DNA from: Penicillus capitatus
Lineage: Eukaryota; Plantae; Chlorophyta
NCBI GenBank assembly: GCA_965649825.1
Contig: OZ287699.1
Location: forward strand, 744,001 to 808,000
Length of the DNA stretch: 64,000 nucleotides
Direction: 5' to 3'
Made by a program: the position numbers and the translations under genes. A model generated the notes under the pieces. That model had not been told where the DNA came from. It ran no database searches and saw only the letters and a list, made by a program, of their open reading frames with translations. Below, one piece after another: positions 1-12,847 of the stretch; position 1 is the first letter of the stretch; each line of letters begins with the position of its first letter.

Positions 1-217
1 TCAAAGAGTGTCCTTGCAAGCACAGAAAAAGCAACAGGCTGCTGGGACAGTGCAAATGGCAACAACAGCTAGCTGCAACATTGGGGTCTCAGTATTTGAT
101 CCAGACTCAGATGCTGTAATCAGGGCCACGGTTGATCCCAAGACGGATTCGACCAGTGTCAAGCTAGCGATTGACGATGATTCGGAGCCTTCTTCCCTTT
201 CCCAAGAACATTTTTGA
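1..217 (+). CDS. Probable 3' end of a gene entering from the left edge (low-complexity C-terminal tail)
   Basis: Frame 2 is open from the window edge to TGA at 215-217 (QRVSLQAQKKQQAAGTVQMATTASC...SLSQEHF*). No recognisable domain. Confidence 0.3.
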   Translation, partial: QRVSLQAQKKQQAAGTVQMATTASCNIGVSVFDPDSDAVIRATVDPKTDSTSVKLAIDDDSEPSSLSQEHF

Positions 218-559
218 TGGAGACCAGAAACGTGCTTTTCTTTACAAACCTGCATGGTCGATCAGGCATCCATTTATGGCAACTTTCCTCTTTAAGCTAA
301 GGTGAAATCAGATCTATGGGGTCACTGAAATGCAAGGGAGTTCTATCAACATGAAGAGTTCATTCCCGTCAACGATTCGTGCGACGGAATGACACTGCTA
401 ACGGCGAGATTTGATTTTTTTCTTTAAACATTGTTGGGACGAACAACTTTAATTTAGCATTCGTGTAGTCTTGTCATCTGAGATACGAACAAGTGTCCAC
501 CGATATTTGAGAGATTGAAATGTAGAAAAACAGCGCAGATGTTAAGATGAATGGCACTT

Positions 560-2990
560 AGGCTATCGAATAGGATCCATCATAACCGACCGACATTCTT
601 GCGCTTTGACCATTGATACCTGCGCAAAGATCTTCTCTTGTGCTTCGATCCCACACATCGCAACTCGAATTCTATTGCAAAGCATTTTTCTTTTTCGTTT
701 AATTGCTTTTACATTTCTCTTTGTTAAGATCAGGAGAGCGTTCAACACTCGTTGTGGTAATCATTGCAGCACGCACAAGAGCCAGGCGATAGCAAGGATG
801 AAAAACGCGGAGCGGAGTGATTAGGTGTCTCTACAGAATGCACTGGTAGGACAAAGAAAGGGGTGGATCAGTAAAACTATGTAATCCAGCGTAGTGTACG
901 AGGTCTTCTGTTCACCGAAAAGTTTCTCGTGTAGTGTCTTCGAGATGTAGACTTTCACATTTCGGCTCAAGCTCCAGTCCGGCAGAGGCTGTTCGGTTGA
1001 TTTGCGTTTCCTGCGGTTCAGTCTGTGCGTGGTCGCGAAGTGTGTCTCTTGGAGCTTGGCGACGGAGAGGTTCCAACGGGAGGCATTCTGGTCGGCGATG
1101 GTAGTAATGCCCGTTTCGGCTTTAATGTTCGTGTGTACATTACCGATGACGATGGGGATCTTGTCTTTCGTAGGGGAGAGAAATGGGTTATCCAATTCAA
1201 AAGTTCCGATGTCGTTCAACTCGAGCTTCCATTTGGCGTTGTTGCAGTTCAGGCTTCAGTTAAGCGCCGTCTTGAATTGTTTGAGCTTTTCGGCACGGAT
1301 CTGCACATAGAATCTGCTGTCATGATCGGCCCGGATGTCTTCGACGCATTCCTTCAGGTTCTGGATTTTCAGCTTGCGTTCCAGACTGACGCCAAAGTGG
1401 CGGAACGACGGGCGTTCTCCCTTCAGGGTTACCGGACAGAACTGGAAGCTGCGCTCATCGCATCGGAGCTGGGCCTTGATCGCTTGTGTTTACTTGCGAA
1501 TCTCGCGGGCCCCGGCGATTCGCTGCTTCTGGCCGAAGTCGTTGTTTTGGGCGTCTCCTGGATGATGGCTTAGCGGGCGGTATCTCGGTGTTGTATTCCT
1601 CTAGGTGTTTGGCGATGGCATGCTCAAATATCGATGCCTGGTTTTCCTTGACTTGGATATAAAGGCGACCACTACGGTTGGTCCTGGTGTCTCCAACGAT
1701 CTAGTGTCTGTTCTGAGCAAGTTCAGTTGTTTAGAGGTCGAAGGCTAGCTGGCGGGATAATCTGTAGGGGCCTTTTAGTTCATTGGCTAATCCGGCAGAA
1801 AGGATGATAGGCAATTTGAAAATACATTTGTGCAAGATGGTAGGGACAACAGTAGAGGTTGGAAGACGGTGCTGCTGGATATAGTTTTGCACAACATCAA
1901 TTCAATTCACTTTCACATAAAGGACCCGCCGAATGAATGGGTGTTTAGCAAGCGAAGAGGATGAGCCTTGGTTAATGCTGACATCCTCCAAAAGTGGAGA
2001 ACGGTTGCTGTGCGTAATCTTAAAAACCAAGGATCTGGAGGTAGAAGAGAGTATTGAAGGCGTGTCATGGACAGAACTGGAGGTTGGGCAAGGATCAAGT
2101 GAAGGTTCCAAAGAGCTGCATGGATAGATTCTCGAAACTTCGATGGTTAAGACCGTGGCTTGTTGTGGGAGATGCAGAAGCTTTTCGCCCGCCACAGCCA
2201 CTGGAAACGGATGGCTAGGCGCATAAACACCCTAGCACGGACAACAAGGTCGCGACGGATGTTCGTGCAGAATTTGCCTTTCGAATAACGGTAGGACGAT
2301 GGTTGCTGAATATGGGCAGGAGTTCACAGCTGTTGTTATTGTTGAGGTTAGGGAATCCCAAAACACCGCGCATATTTAAACGCGGCAATGAGTTTGTAAT
2401 TAATGTTGGGTTCTTGTGCTAAGTCTTTATCGTCGTCGTTCGTGTTTATATCGACTCTAGTTTCTCAAAGTTATTACACGCTTCCCGACAACTAGTGGAC
2501 CGACCTTACCTTCCAATAACGGTCGGATGATTGTTGCCGAACGCAAGCTGGAGTTCGCAGCCGTTAGTCGTAAGGTTAGGTAATTCCTTACCATCGCAGG
2601 TATTAAGGTTGACAGTCTCCTGTACTATATCTTGTGTTTTCTGTGTTATTCTCGAGTGTGTTCTTTGCTTCGTCGTCCCGTACCTTCGACTCGGATGTTT
2701 GTCGGATATGCAGATGTCACGTCGCCCGCCACAGCCATCAGAACGGTTGCGTCGGCGAAGAACCACCCTGGCGCGCTGACCATCGGTCGCGACGGGTGTT
2801 CGCCTTTGACCTGCTGTTGCAATAACGGTAGGCTGATGGTTGTTGAACGTGGGCAGGAGTTCACAGCTGTTGCTCTTGAGGTTAGGGAATCCCCAACCAC
2901 CCCGAGTACTTAAACGCGACAGTTTCATTTAATCAACTCGTATTCCTGTGTTCGCGGTCTGAGCGTGCGTTCACGTCGTCGTTCGCGCTG
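560..2990 (-). mobile_element. Decayed non-LTR retrotransposon (LINE): 5' repeat region, ORF1-like remnant and truncated APE endonuclease
   Basis: Minus strand 1230-820 reads IPIVIGNVHTN...ASRWNLSVAKLQETHF...NVKVYISKTL, resembling the LINE APE start (IGTWNV...RYNIDIAALQET...GVAI). Upstream are two similar segments, IVGDTRTNRSGRLYIQVKENQASIFEHAI and CVEDIRADHDSRFYVQIRAEKLKQFKTAL (ORF1-like). Several in-frame stops and a frameshift; no RT seen. Confidence 0.55.
2170..2988. repeat. Three diverged tandem units of ~230-300 bp
   Basis: Shared core AATAACGGT...GGAGTTC(A/G)CAGC...AGGTTAGG starting at 2284, 2515 and 2821. TCGCCCGCCACAGCCA at 2185 and 2722; CGTCGTCGTTCG at 2431 and 2974. Confidence 0.85.
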
Positions 2991-3899
2991 AGAGCCGATT
3001 TGTGTGAAGCACATCGTTACAGCGATTCCCGACAATGTTTCTCAACGTCGTTACAGGATTCTCGACACTTGACGTGGCCGAAAGTGGAAATGTATTCAGG
3101 GACATTCGGGAAGAAGACGGAAATAGCAAGAGACAGCATATTTATGTCGGAAATTTGTAGTCATTCTATTCGAAGTGCAAGTGGGAACGTGTGGGCGTTG
3201 GCACTATTCATGCTCTGAGGAGACTTGGATTTCGCGATGCCTCTAAAATGTTCGATAATAGATTAAGAGACACATTTGCATCAAGATTGCGTTCGATGCG
3301 CCGGCTTTTGTGAACATACTATAACGTTAATGGTTCGGCTGTTTTTCTCCAATGAAGGTTTAAGATTGTAACAAGTGTCCGCTCTGCGCTCATAAGCGTC
3401 CGTTTTAGTATTAATCTGTCGGATAATCACGCTTGCGTCAAAACAACAAGACCATAGTCGTTAATTCGTAGAGCATCGTGAAATCGAGATCATCTAATCC
3501 GTGATACAGAAGTAAGATCCATTAATACTTTGCATGTCAGTGGACAGCTGTCCACCTGCGTGCAGTTGACCAAGGAGATGTAGATGTGACGTTACGTCTA
3601 CAAAACCCGGACTAACAACGATTAAACAGTCTGTCGCCAAGATTTCATTGTCGATGTGACTGCGTTGTTGTGCAAAGGGGTATATGCTCAGGGGGCCTTA
3701 ACTGTCTTTTCAGACAAGGCCCAAGTGCGTCTAGGGACGCTGTTCTATGGCCCTGAGAGTGAGGTTGACTCACCTGACTCTGAAGTCGCGTCATCACGGA
3801 TGTATTTAAAGGACGATCTGGACCTTGTGTTACCTTGTTCCTAACAACTTGTAAGACTTCCGCTGTGATCTCGTTTTCGCTGCGTTGCTGAATGCGACA

Positions 3900-4650
3900 C
3901 ATTCTTTAGAGCGATCTGCCTTCGTCGTTAACTGCATCGTTCATCGACCGCGCGACATCGCGTAAGCGAACGCGTGGTATCAAAAAAATCAATCCGAACT
4001 CGCGCATGTATGTTGTTTTATGTCTGTTACATCTGTCACGTCAGGGACAGCCGTAGCCGTGCTACTCGATGAACAACAAGATCGACATCAAGTAGAAGAT
4101 TGCGACGACGAAAATAAATTACAGCACGAAATCACGAAACAATAAAGACATGTTGTGACAGTGTAGTTGCAAATCCCTGACATGGAATGGAGTTTTTTTG
4201 CCGTAGTTAGGAAAGCTTGAGCGCTAGAATAAAGAACATTGTTGAGAAGTTCTGTTTGGAGCACCTATCGACCCTGAGAATTTCTTGTGAGGACTCCGGT
4301 GGACTTTCTAACGAGCGAACATAGAAAGGAGGATGCAAGTCTTACAAGAACTCTTGTTTTATCCAATCTCTCTGCGTGTACTCAATTGCGACGATTGCGT
4401 GTTTTATTCGTTTCTGTTGAAAAAGCTAGTTACCTTAGTAAGAACAAACACTTTTTCAAAATACCACTCTCGATGCAACTTCAGTTTTAGCTGTAGAAAG
4501 GTTTTCGCTGTGCGATTTGTCGAAACAGCGAAGATGCCGATGTATCAGACGGAATCGATAGCAGATCTAAATTGTCTTTTCGAATCAGCGAGAATGAAAT
4601 CGTATTTCCTTACCAAATAAATGTCAATCTACAGTTCTTGACTGCTAAAA
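3900..4650. repeat. Diverged dispersed repeat, direct-orientation homolog of ~58740-59460
   Basis: ATCGCGTAAGCGA at ~3957 and ~58756. GAATC-GATAGCAGATC...TTTCGAATCAG at ~4552 matches GAATCCGATTGCAGATC...TTTCGAATCAG at ~59391. Offsets are collinear (~54.8 kb). Confidence 0.55.
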
Positions 4651-5429
4651 TGAAATCCTTTTCTAAGGAGAATAACTCTCTATCTGTGACGTGGAAGAGA
4701 TGCAGCAGGTTTATAGTGATGCCCAGGCTAGATAATATCGCTTCGGAAACTAACTACCGAACCGCTACATTACAATTGTTCTGTGCAGCTTTACGTTTTC
4801 TCATGGAGATAAGATTTTCTGGAGTGTAACACTTACCCATTGCACCGATACTGCTATTGTTGGATGCGTGAACGAATTCAGGAAACAATAAAATCGAATG
4901 GACAATCCAGAAACACGTCCGTTTCTTATTGGTTCGATCTACAAATCAAACAACACACGAAGAAATCTCCTATATCGGGTGATAATCAGCCGACCGCGTC
5001 GACATCCACCGACTGTACGGTTTCAGTTCGCGTGTTTCTATGTATTTCATCAACTCCGTTGGCGTTTAGAAGACAGAACGGAGGCAGAATTTGGACACAC
5101 AAGAAAGATCGTGTTGTGCGCACTGTGATATTGGATCTTAAGGTTTCGCGTAAGGGTGGTCGACGGTAACGCTCTTCAGCTTGGAGTTTAGATTTTTGAC
5201 AGACACAATGACAAGGACAGCCGTCTCATCACAAGTGGCGTTTCTTATCACCGTGCGTTTGACCACATGGCTTTCGGTGGCACTCACTATACGACCGGAA
5301 GAATCTCAAGCCGTTCTTGTTTCCTTTCCTTTCCCGAAAACTTGCTTACGCTTTCTGTAGCACAGTCGAAAGTACTTCGTTTGCGTTTCGCTTTGCAGAA
5401 AAGACAGCACAACGACTGTTCCTGAACAG

Positions 5430-8400
5430 ATGTCGAAAACAGTGTGTTTTATGCACATTGTCGTTGCTTTGGTCTTGTTTATGGCAGGACGTGCCGTTTT
5501 GGGTGAAGAAATTGGTACGATTTGCTCAATGGTTCAAGGAAAACATAAAAGATGTTTCTGTTTTGTGTCGAGCAGGAAGAACGACGCGACAGTTGCAGCA
5601 GCGTGGTGGAGAAGTCGTCATCACAAGACAAAACGCAAGCCAGTTCACCGAACTGGTCGCAGATGCCCGACGAAACACCGTCTTCCTCGTCGCCGAGGAC
5701 GTGCGCCTGCCGTCCGTCATCGAGGTCGACACTCCTCGTCTGACCTTTCGAGGGGACCCCAACGCTCGACCGAGTTTGACCTGCGCCGACGACGCGGAAG
5801 GCTTCTCGATCCAGTGCGTTCGCCCATGCTTTTCGCTTTTGTGATGTGACGTCTGGTGATGCAGTGCGGATGGAATCGAAGTGGAGAATTTGATCCTGAG
5901 GAACTGCACGAAGACTGCTGTCAGCGTTTTCGACAAGGCAGCTGTTTGCGACGATCCGTTCGATCCAGAATGTCAACCTCGTCCAACGCAAAGGCTGGAC
6001 ATCACACTGACAAATGTGGACTTCATCGACAACATCGGAACGGTGGAACGCAGCGCTGGCGGTGGATTTTACGCCGGGGCCGAGGTCCGTGCTCGAATAC
6101 GCGGCTGCCGTTTCGAGAGAAACACTGGAATCAGTGGCGGGGCTGTCGCCTTCGGAGGAAGCTCTCTTCGCATCGAGAACTGTTCTTTCATCACGAACGT
6201 GGCATCCAACACCGGGGGCGCCATCTTTGCACTCCAGATTAAGGAAGCTGGGACGGGAAAGCCCACATCCCAAATCACGATTGCCGAGACAAGATTCGAG
6301 GGAAACAGTGTGCTTCGAGGCGGACGTGATCGATCTGGTCTGACACTGACCAGTGGCATTCCTCTGGAGACTAATCCTTACTTAGATTTTCCTCTGCCTT
6401 CGCCGTCTGGGGGAGCCGTCTACGTCGCAGATTACGCCGAAGTTGGCGTTGAAAACTGTACATTCAAATCGAACCATGCAGTTCCGGCGGGAGGGGCCAT
6501 CTATTTCAGTGACAATCAGAAAATCACTGTTCGGAACTCTGACTTCGAGGATAACTTTGTCGAACCGCCTCAGAACACCATAGGTGAATCGGATTTGCAA
6601 ACGGGAGGGGCCATCTTTGCAGCTTTTTCTGAGATTACATCAAAGCTGAGCATCGAAAGGAGTGCATTTGACAATAACTCTGCTGTTTATGGGGGTGCAT
6701 TCCACTACGTTGCCCCAATCGAATCATCATGCGGAATAAATAATTGCCAATTCACTAACAACAGGGCATCACTTGGAGGGGGTGCCATTGTTTTTCGTAA
6801 CGTTGCTGCTCCGGAAGCCAAGACAACAGTGTTCAAGAACAACAGTGCATTTGTGGGCGGAGCCATCTTTGTGACTAATGGGGCTGGACTAACCCTTTCT
6901 GAAGCGCATTCTGACAACGCTGCTTCGCGTTTTGAAGACAACGTGGCTTTCGATGGGGGTGCCATGTTTGGCATCGGTTCGGGAATCATAGACATTAACA
7001 GAGTCTTCTATGTGCAAAACAAAGCAGAAAGAAATGGAGGCGCTATCTGTTTCATTGACTCAAAAGCCGGAAGCTATCTGGTGCTGCAGGATATACGAAT
7101 GTACAACAACTCAGCGGCGACGGGAGGAGCAATGTATGTCGAAAGTGTTTCTGCTGTCCGCATGACGGTAGGAATATCAGACCAGGGTGGCGGAGTTTTC
7201 GGATTCGAGGATCCTCCACGCAATGAGTTCTTCGGGTAAGCACTGGTTCAAAGGTCGTCGTTTGTTTAGACTTTTCTGAAATTTCCAGAAACTCTGCCGT
7301 CAGTGGAGGTGCCATCTACTACAAGGCTTCGAATTTGATACTAAACGGATTTACTTTGACCTCCGCGATTTTTACAGGCAACAGTGCCCATTCCAACCTC
7401 TCCGCCGTCTACCCAGAGCCACTGGAATATCCGAATGCGGCCGATGAATCAATTCAACGTTTCTTCGAAGCTGCAGTAAAAGATGAAGACTCTCTTTCTT
7501 CGGATGTCGGTCTTCTCGATCCTACAAGCGCAAATCCATGTTCACCAGGTGGAGGTGGTGCCATTTGCATGGTTCTCAACGGTATCGCAAACAGAGCACC
7601 AGCGACGATTAGAATCTACGACAGCAACTTCACTAGAAATACTGCAACCGCTGGTGGTGCGATGGTGATATCAACTGATGAAAGCGTCGACTGGAAGTCC
7701 GATTGTCCGACCATTAGAGATCAGACTTCCACATTGCTCACGAGCGATCCGTGCCGAAACTTAAATCTCCGTGCGCTAGTATTCAGAAGCAACAGAGCTC
7801 GGGCTGCCGGGGGCGCCTTGCTGGTGTCGAATCTCAAACACGTGTACTATTCTGATGTCGCCGAAATCAACGAAGATCTCAACTACCAGACATTGGACAA
7901 GGCGAAGAAACGCGCCAGCTTCATCAACAACAGTGTCGGAAATGGCGGCTATGGAGAAGACATCGCAGGAATGGCCGTCCGTTTGAGCATCCGCCATCCG
8001 ATTGCAGACCCCGCTACAGGGATCCTGATCGCCAACCAGTCCAGTGGCCAAGCATACTCCCTGTCTCCGATCGAAGTCCAGGTGCTGGACGGGCTGGATC
8101 AAGTTGTCACCGGCGGAATAGTCGATGCTTCTCTGGGCGTGCGTGTGAACGCTGTGCGATTGGATAGCAATGGTTCGATTGCTGCTGGTCAAGTTGTATC
8201 GACGGCCTCAAACGGTGTGGCCGTCTTCGATGCACTGTCCCTCAGTGCCTTCCCCGGACGGTATGAGATCGACTTCTCCGTTCGCGGAGGCAAGGTTGAA
8301 TCGATCAGCGCGAGTGTGACGTTGAGGGAGTGTCGTCTCGGGGAACGTTACAACAGAGAAGGCTTTGTCTGCGAGGCCTGTGCTTTCGAATCGTTCACCT

Positions 8401-10611
8401 TCTACGTGGACGTCTCTCGCTGCGCAGACTGTCCCGACAAAGCCAGGTGTGCTGGCAATGCATCGCTGGTCCCCACATCGGGTTACTGGCACTCCAGTCC
8501 CTTCTCAGTGATCATGCACGAGTGCTTCCACGACGACGCCTGTTCCTACGACAGTCGACAAGAGATCTTGGAAACGACGAGGAGTGCCAGGATTCAAGAG
8601 TTCTTGGATCGTTTTAACCTGGAAGAGGAACCCGTTTTCACCAACGAAGAATACGCGCAGTGCTCTATGGGATACGAGGGGCCGTTGTGCGGATCCTGCT
8701 CAGATGGTTACGGGAATGCGGATGGCAAGACATGCGTCAAGTGCAATAGCAAGAGTGTCACAGCTGCTGTGATCTTTTTGCTGGGGGTCTGGCAGTTGAT
8801 CTTCCTGGCCATTACGATTCGAAGCGCATTAGTCTCCATTCGCGACATGAACCAGATGATGGCAATCGCACAGCAGCAGGCTATAATGGCTGCTGTGCCC
8901 GTACGATCAAATACAGCAAGAAGGGCTTCTTCAGCCTTCATGGTTCCACATCAAAACAGCACTGTGACAGCCGCTACAAGTGCTTCGCGTCCTGTCTCCG
9001 GAGAACTGACAGGGACAGAAATCGAAGAGCAATATGCACGATCTATGAGCATAGCACAACCTCCAGCGTTTGCATCCTCGCTTCCTATTCCAACACAAGT
9101 ATCGCCAAAACAACAGTACTCCGCTGATTACATCATTGCAGCTCAGCATGTTTCCGAAACCATCAAGGTTATCCCCTCGCAGTCTCTCTTCCTAACGAAG
9201 TAACACTGCTGTAGATCTTTGTGAATTTCTTCCAAGTGACATCCATTGCTGTGAATATCAATTTGGAATGGACGGCTGTCACCAAAAACATGTTGGCTGG
9301 AATGAGTACGTCTTCGCATTTGGAAGTGTGCCTAATTGACTGGTGTGTTTAGATTCGGTGGCCGGCTTCTCAAATGGGGCCACATTTACTCCTATGACAT
9401 GTCTGCTAGATACAGATTCCGACTCCCGATCTATCTACGGTGTCATTCTTCGAGTCTCCTTTCCTTTGTTCTTGATGCTGTTGGTCATGTGCCTCTTTGT
9501 CGCACGCTGGCTGGTCATGCGCCGCAATCCTAACACGACTCGCTTTCTTTGTCAACAGTTTCTCAGATCGCGGCTTATCATCTGTTTCCTGGTCGTCGGA
9601 TTCTTTGCTTACCAATCCATCTCAGAAGACCTCATGGGAACAGTCAGCTGCATCCGTCTGGACTCTGATGACATGTCCGACGCAGAAGCCTTCGACGATC
9701 CGCAGAGAAACATCAGCTACTCACACTTCTCCATAGCAAATGGCTACTACTGGACGGAAGACACAAATATCAAATGCTTCAGTCGTAATCACGCATTTCT
9801 GGTTGGATTTCTCGGAATTCCTGGTATTGTGCTTTTTCTGTGTGGTATTCCGTTTTATCTTCTGATCTTTCTTCTTTACAAGCGCCAAAAGAAGCAGCTG
9901 ACGGAGCTTCATGTGCTTAACACTTATGGCTTCATCTATCAGAACTACGAAGACAAATTTGTGTACTGGGAAGTCATCATTCTTTTTCGAAAGGCTTTGA
10001 TTGGTGCAATCGTTGTGTTTGCTTACCCGTTGGGAGCAAATCTGCAAGGAGTAATGGCACTGGGGGTACTGATTCTCGCACTTGCCGTTCATTTGATTGC
10101 TGCACCTTTCAAATACCTTCCTCTCAATGTTTTGGAAGGCTGTTCTTTGGTTGTTTCGATCTTTACTTTCTATGCAGGTGTCGTCCTTAACGATGCCAAC
10201 ACCTCTGACAGTGCCAAGGTCCTCTTATCGGTGCTTCTAGTGATTATCAATTTTCTCTTGATGGCAGTCATTTTGATTACTGTCTTCGTCTTTGGTGATA
10301 AGTATGTCGTAGCCAAGTTGAAGTTCCTGGATGTGACAGATATTCCCGGAAATCCGGTTGGCAGGATGATCCATCTGGCATATATTCTGCAAGAGAACGT
10401 GAAGACCATGGTGACCGCGACAGTTCACCGAAAGTTTCCGAAAACCACCAGAAGAAGACAAAAAAGAAACCAGTCGACTGTAGCCGCACAGATGACAGCC
10501 TTAGCGACAACCAGCCACGTTCCTGACTCGATGTCCATGAACTCCACATCACCGAGAAACAGCATGGAATCGGCGATCGAGGTCAGAGATGCTCCAGAAT
10601 CGCATCTGTGA
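5430..10611 (+). CDS. Large multi-exon cell-surface protein: signal peptide, Pmp-like GGA(I/V) beta-helix repeats, Cys-rich segment, multi-pass C-terminal membrane domain
   Basis: Signal peptide MSKTVCFMHIVVALVLFMAGRAVLG. Many FxxN...GGAI repeats (5881-7900). Cys-rich CxxCxxxxF...CxxCP..A.C and C..GY.GPLC..C..GY motifs (8330-8750). Several hydrophobic helices with YGFIYQNY...YWEVIILFRK (9343-10611). Short GT-AG introns, e.g. ~5515-5574, 5814-5866, ~7236-7290, 9168-9214. Confidence 0.85.
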
Positions 10612-11101
10612 ACTGGTGATTCCTGAGTCAGAACTATCCTTGGCTTCCCATTGCATTCTGCGCAAGTTACATCTCCAAGTCTTGTCCAGTAAACGTCGAA
10701 CCCCTGATACGACGTTCTGTCCGACACCCGTTGTCCTGTTCGGACTGCCCTGCATTAAAGCTGCTCTGTAGTTATAAAGCATGCGTCTGTGTTTTTGCCG
10801 AAATTGAAATGCTGCTGTTTTTCATTGTCATGAAGAATAAAGGAAAACGTTCTGTCGCCTGCATCGCTCACTCTTTCGACCTGTTAAGTTGGATTTCTGT
10901 GCTGTGTCATCTGTCCCATCAAACGTCGTCCGGCACTCATTGGTCAAACGCATTTGAACAAACTACCCGCGTCTTTTCGTACCCGCGAAGTGATTTGCGC
11001 AACGCGTCGGCCACTGCGTCTGTTCTTTGTGTCGTATCTTCTCCCTTGTCACTCTCTTCGTTGTTCGAAGTCACGTGGACTGCGGCACAAGGCAGTGCAC
11101 C

Positions 11102-12599
11102 ATGCTCGTAACCATACGTACGATTTCAGGTCCCTCTTTCAACGTCGAAGCCACGGAGACGGAAACCGTATTTTATAGCACCGTCGCTTTTCTAGTTGGC
11201 AACGCATCTGTTCGTAGGTGGCGGAATTGAAAGAGAAAGTCGTGTCGACGGCACCAGAGGGTATTACGTTTGTGAAGGACGCGCTTCTCCTTATTCACAA
11301 AGGAAAGGTTGTTCTTCGCTGCTGTCTCGTGGAGATAGACTCTCCATTGTGTACTGTAAAGATTTTGGAGGATGCTGAGACGTTGAAGGACGCACAAATC
11401 GAAGACGGGTCCTTCTGTGTGGCCATGCAGAGGAAGCCTCAAACAACCAAAAAAGCGAAACCTGCTGCCGTGACTGGACAGCCTTCGACTGCTCCTGTTA
11501 CACGAGACGTTTTGAATGGATCAGAAGTGAGAGGTGTGTGATAATAGGCGGTCGCTCCTTCCACTGAAGCCTCGGCGGAGATGGGGGAACAAACCCCTGC
11601 TGTCACTCAGACAAGCGCATCGGCAGCGCCGGCGGCGGAGGGACAAACATCTGCCGAACAAGGAACCTACGAAGAAGCTGCCTCTACGTTGTCAACCGGG
11701 ACACAACTGGAAGAGAACATCAATCAGGTCAGATACCCTAAACAAGTCCTGCTGGGTGAGGAATACGAGATGGACTATGCAGATCTGTGATATGGGATTC
11801 GAAAGAAGTCAGGTGGTGAGAGCCATGCATGCTGCTTTTAACAATCCAGATCGAGCTGTCGAGTACTTGATGAATGGCATTCCTCAGATGGAAGCAGCAG
11901 CACCTGCTCAACAACCGCCTGCGACAGGTGTAGACTTCTATTTGCTGTTCTTCTGATGTGATGGACTGGATTTTTCAAGGCACTCCTCAACCTGTGGGCG
12001 GTACACCTGTCGCGCCTGTTCCGCCTGCACAAGGACAAGGACAAGGACAAGGGCCCAATACGCAACCTCTCAACATGTTTGGTGGAGGATCTACAACAGT
12101 TCTGTTTCAATGTGTCTGTGCTTTGCTGAGTTGTACATTGTTCAAGGGCACGGGCGGTGGAGGAACAGGTGGAAGAGCAACAGGCGAAGGCGCTTTGGAC
12201 TTTCTTCGCTCCAATCCTCGGTTTAATCTTTTGCGTAACTTAGTTGCACACAATCCTGAAGTTCTGCAGCCAATGATGCAAGAATTGGGCAGAACCAATC
12301 CTGAGCTGCTTAGACAGATCAATGAACATCAGCAAGAATTTCTAGCCCTATTGACGGAAGAGCCAGCGCAAGTGACAGAAGCTGCAGAAGGTTTAATGCA
12401 ACTGGCTGGACAGGGAGACATTGCAGGGGGCGATCCTGCTGTTCCAACACTCACGATCACGCAGGAAGAAGCCGAAGCAATCGAACGTCTTCAATCATTA
12501 GGCTTCGATCGGGATCGATGCGTCGAGGCGTTTTTTATCTGTGACAAGAATGAAGAAATCGCTGCAAATTATCTTTTGGAACACGCAGACGACGCCTAG
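11102..12599 (+). CDS. RAD23: UV excision repair / ubiquitin receptor RAD23
   Basis: UBL domain ([10 protein letters not shown]...[16 protein letters not shown]), UBA1 ([32 protein letters not shown]), XPC-binding domain ([10 protein letters not shown]...[19 protein letters not shown]), UBA2 ([33 protein letters not shown]). Confidence 0.97.
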
Positions 12600-12847
12600 A
12601 ATCCACTTCTATGTGCACACATGATATCTTTCCTTGTCGTTTGTCGTCTTTCTAAGTAAGATCTAGAAGATGAAGAAGAAGACGAAGATTTTGAGGGGGA
12701 CAGGTCGATTTACTGACTGTGACATTGGACATCTTCGCGTATCATCTGAACGGACGTAACGTTGTTTTTGTTGCGATATACATGAATGTCTGGAAGTGCT
12801 GTTTTCTCAAAACGTATCGTCCAGGGGGAATGAGAAATGGGCGGATA

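Noticed and set aside
1025-1573. 182-aa plus-strand ORF as a real gene
   Set aside because: It is the in-register antisense of the LINE-like remnant, whose minus-strand translation carries the recognisable motifs.
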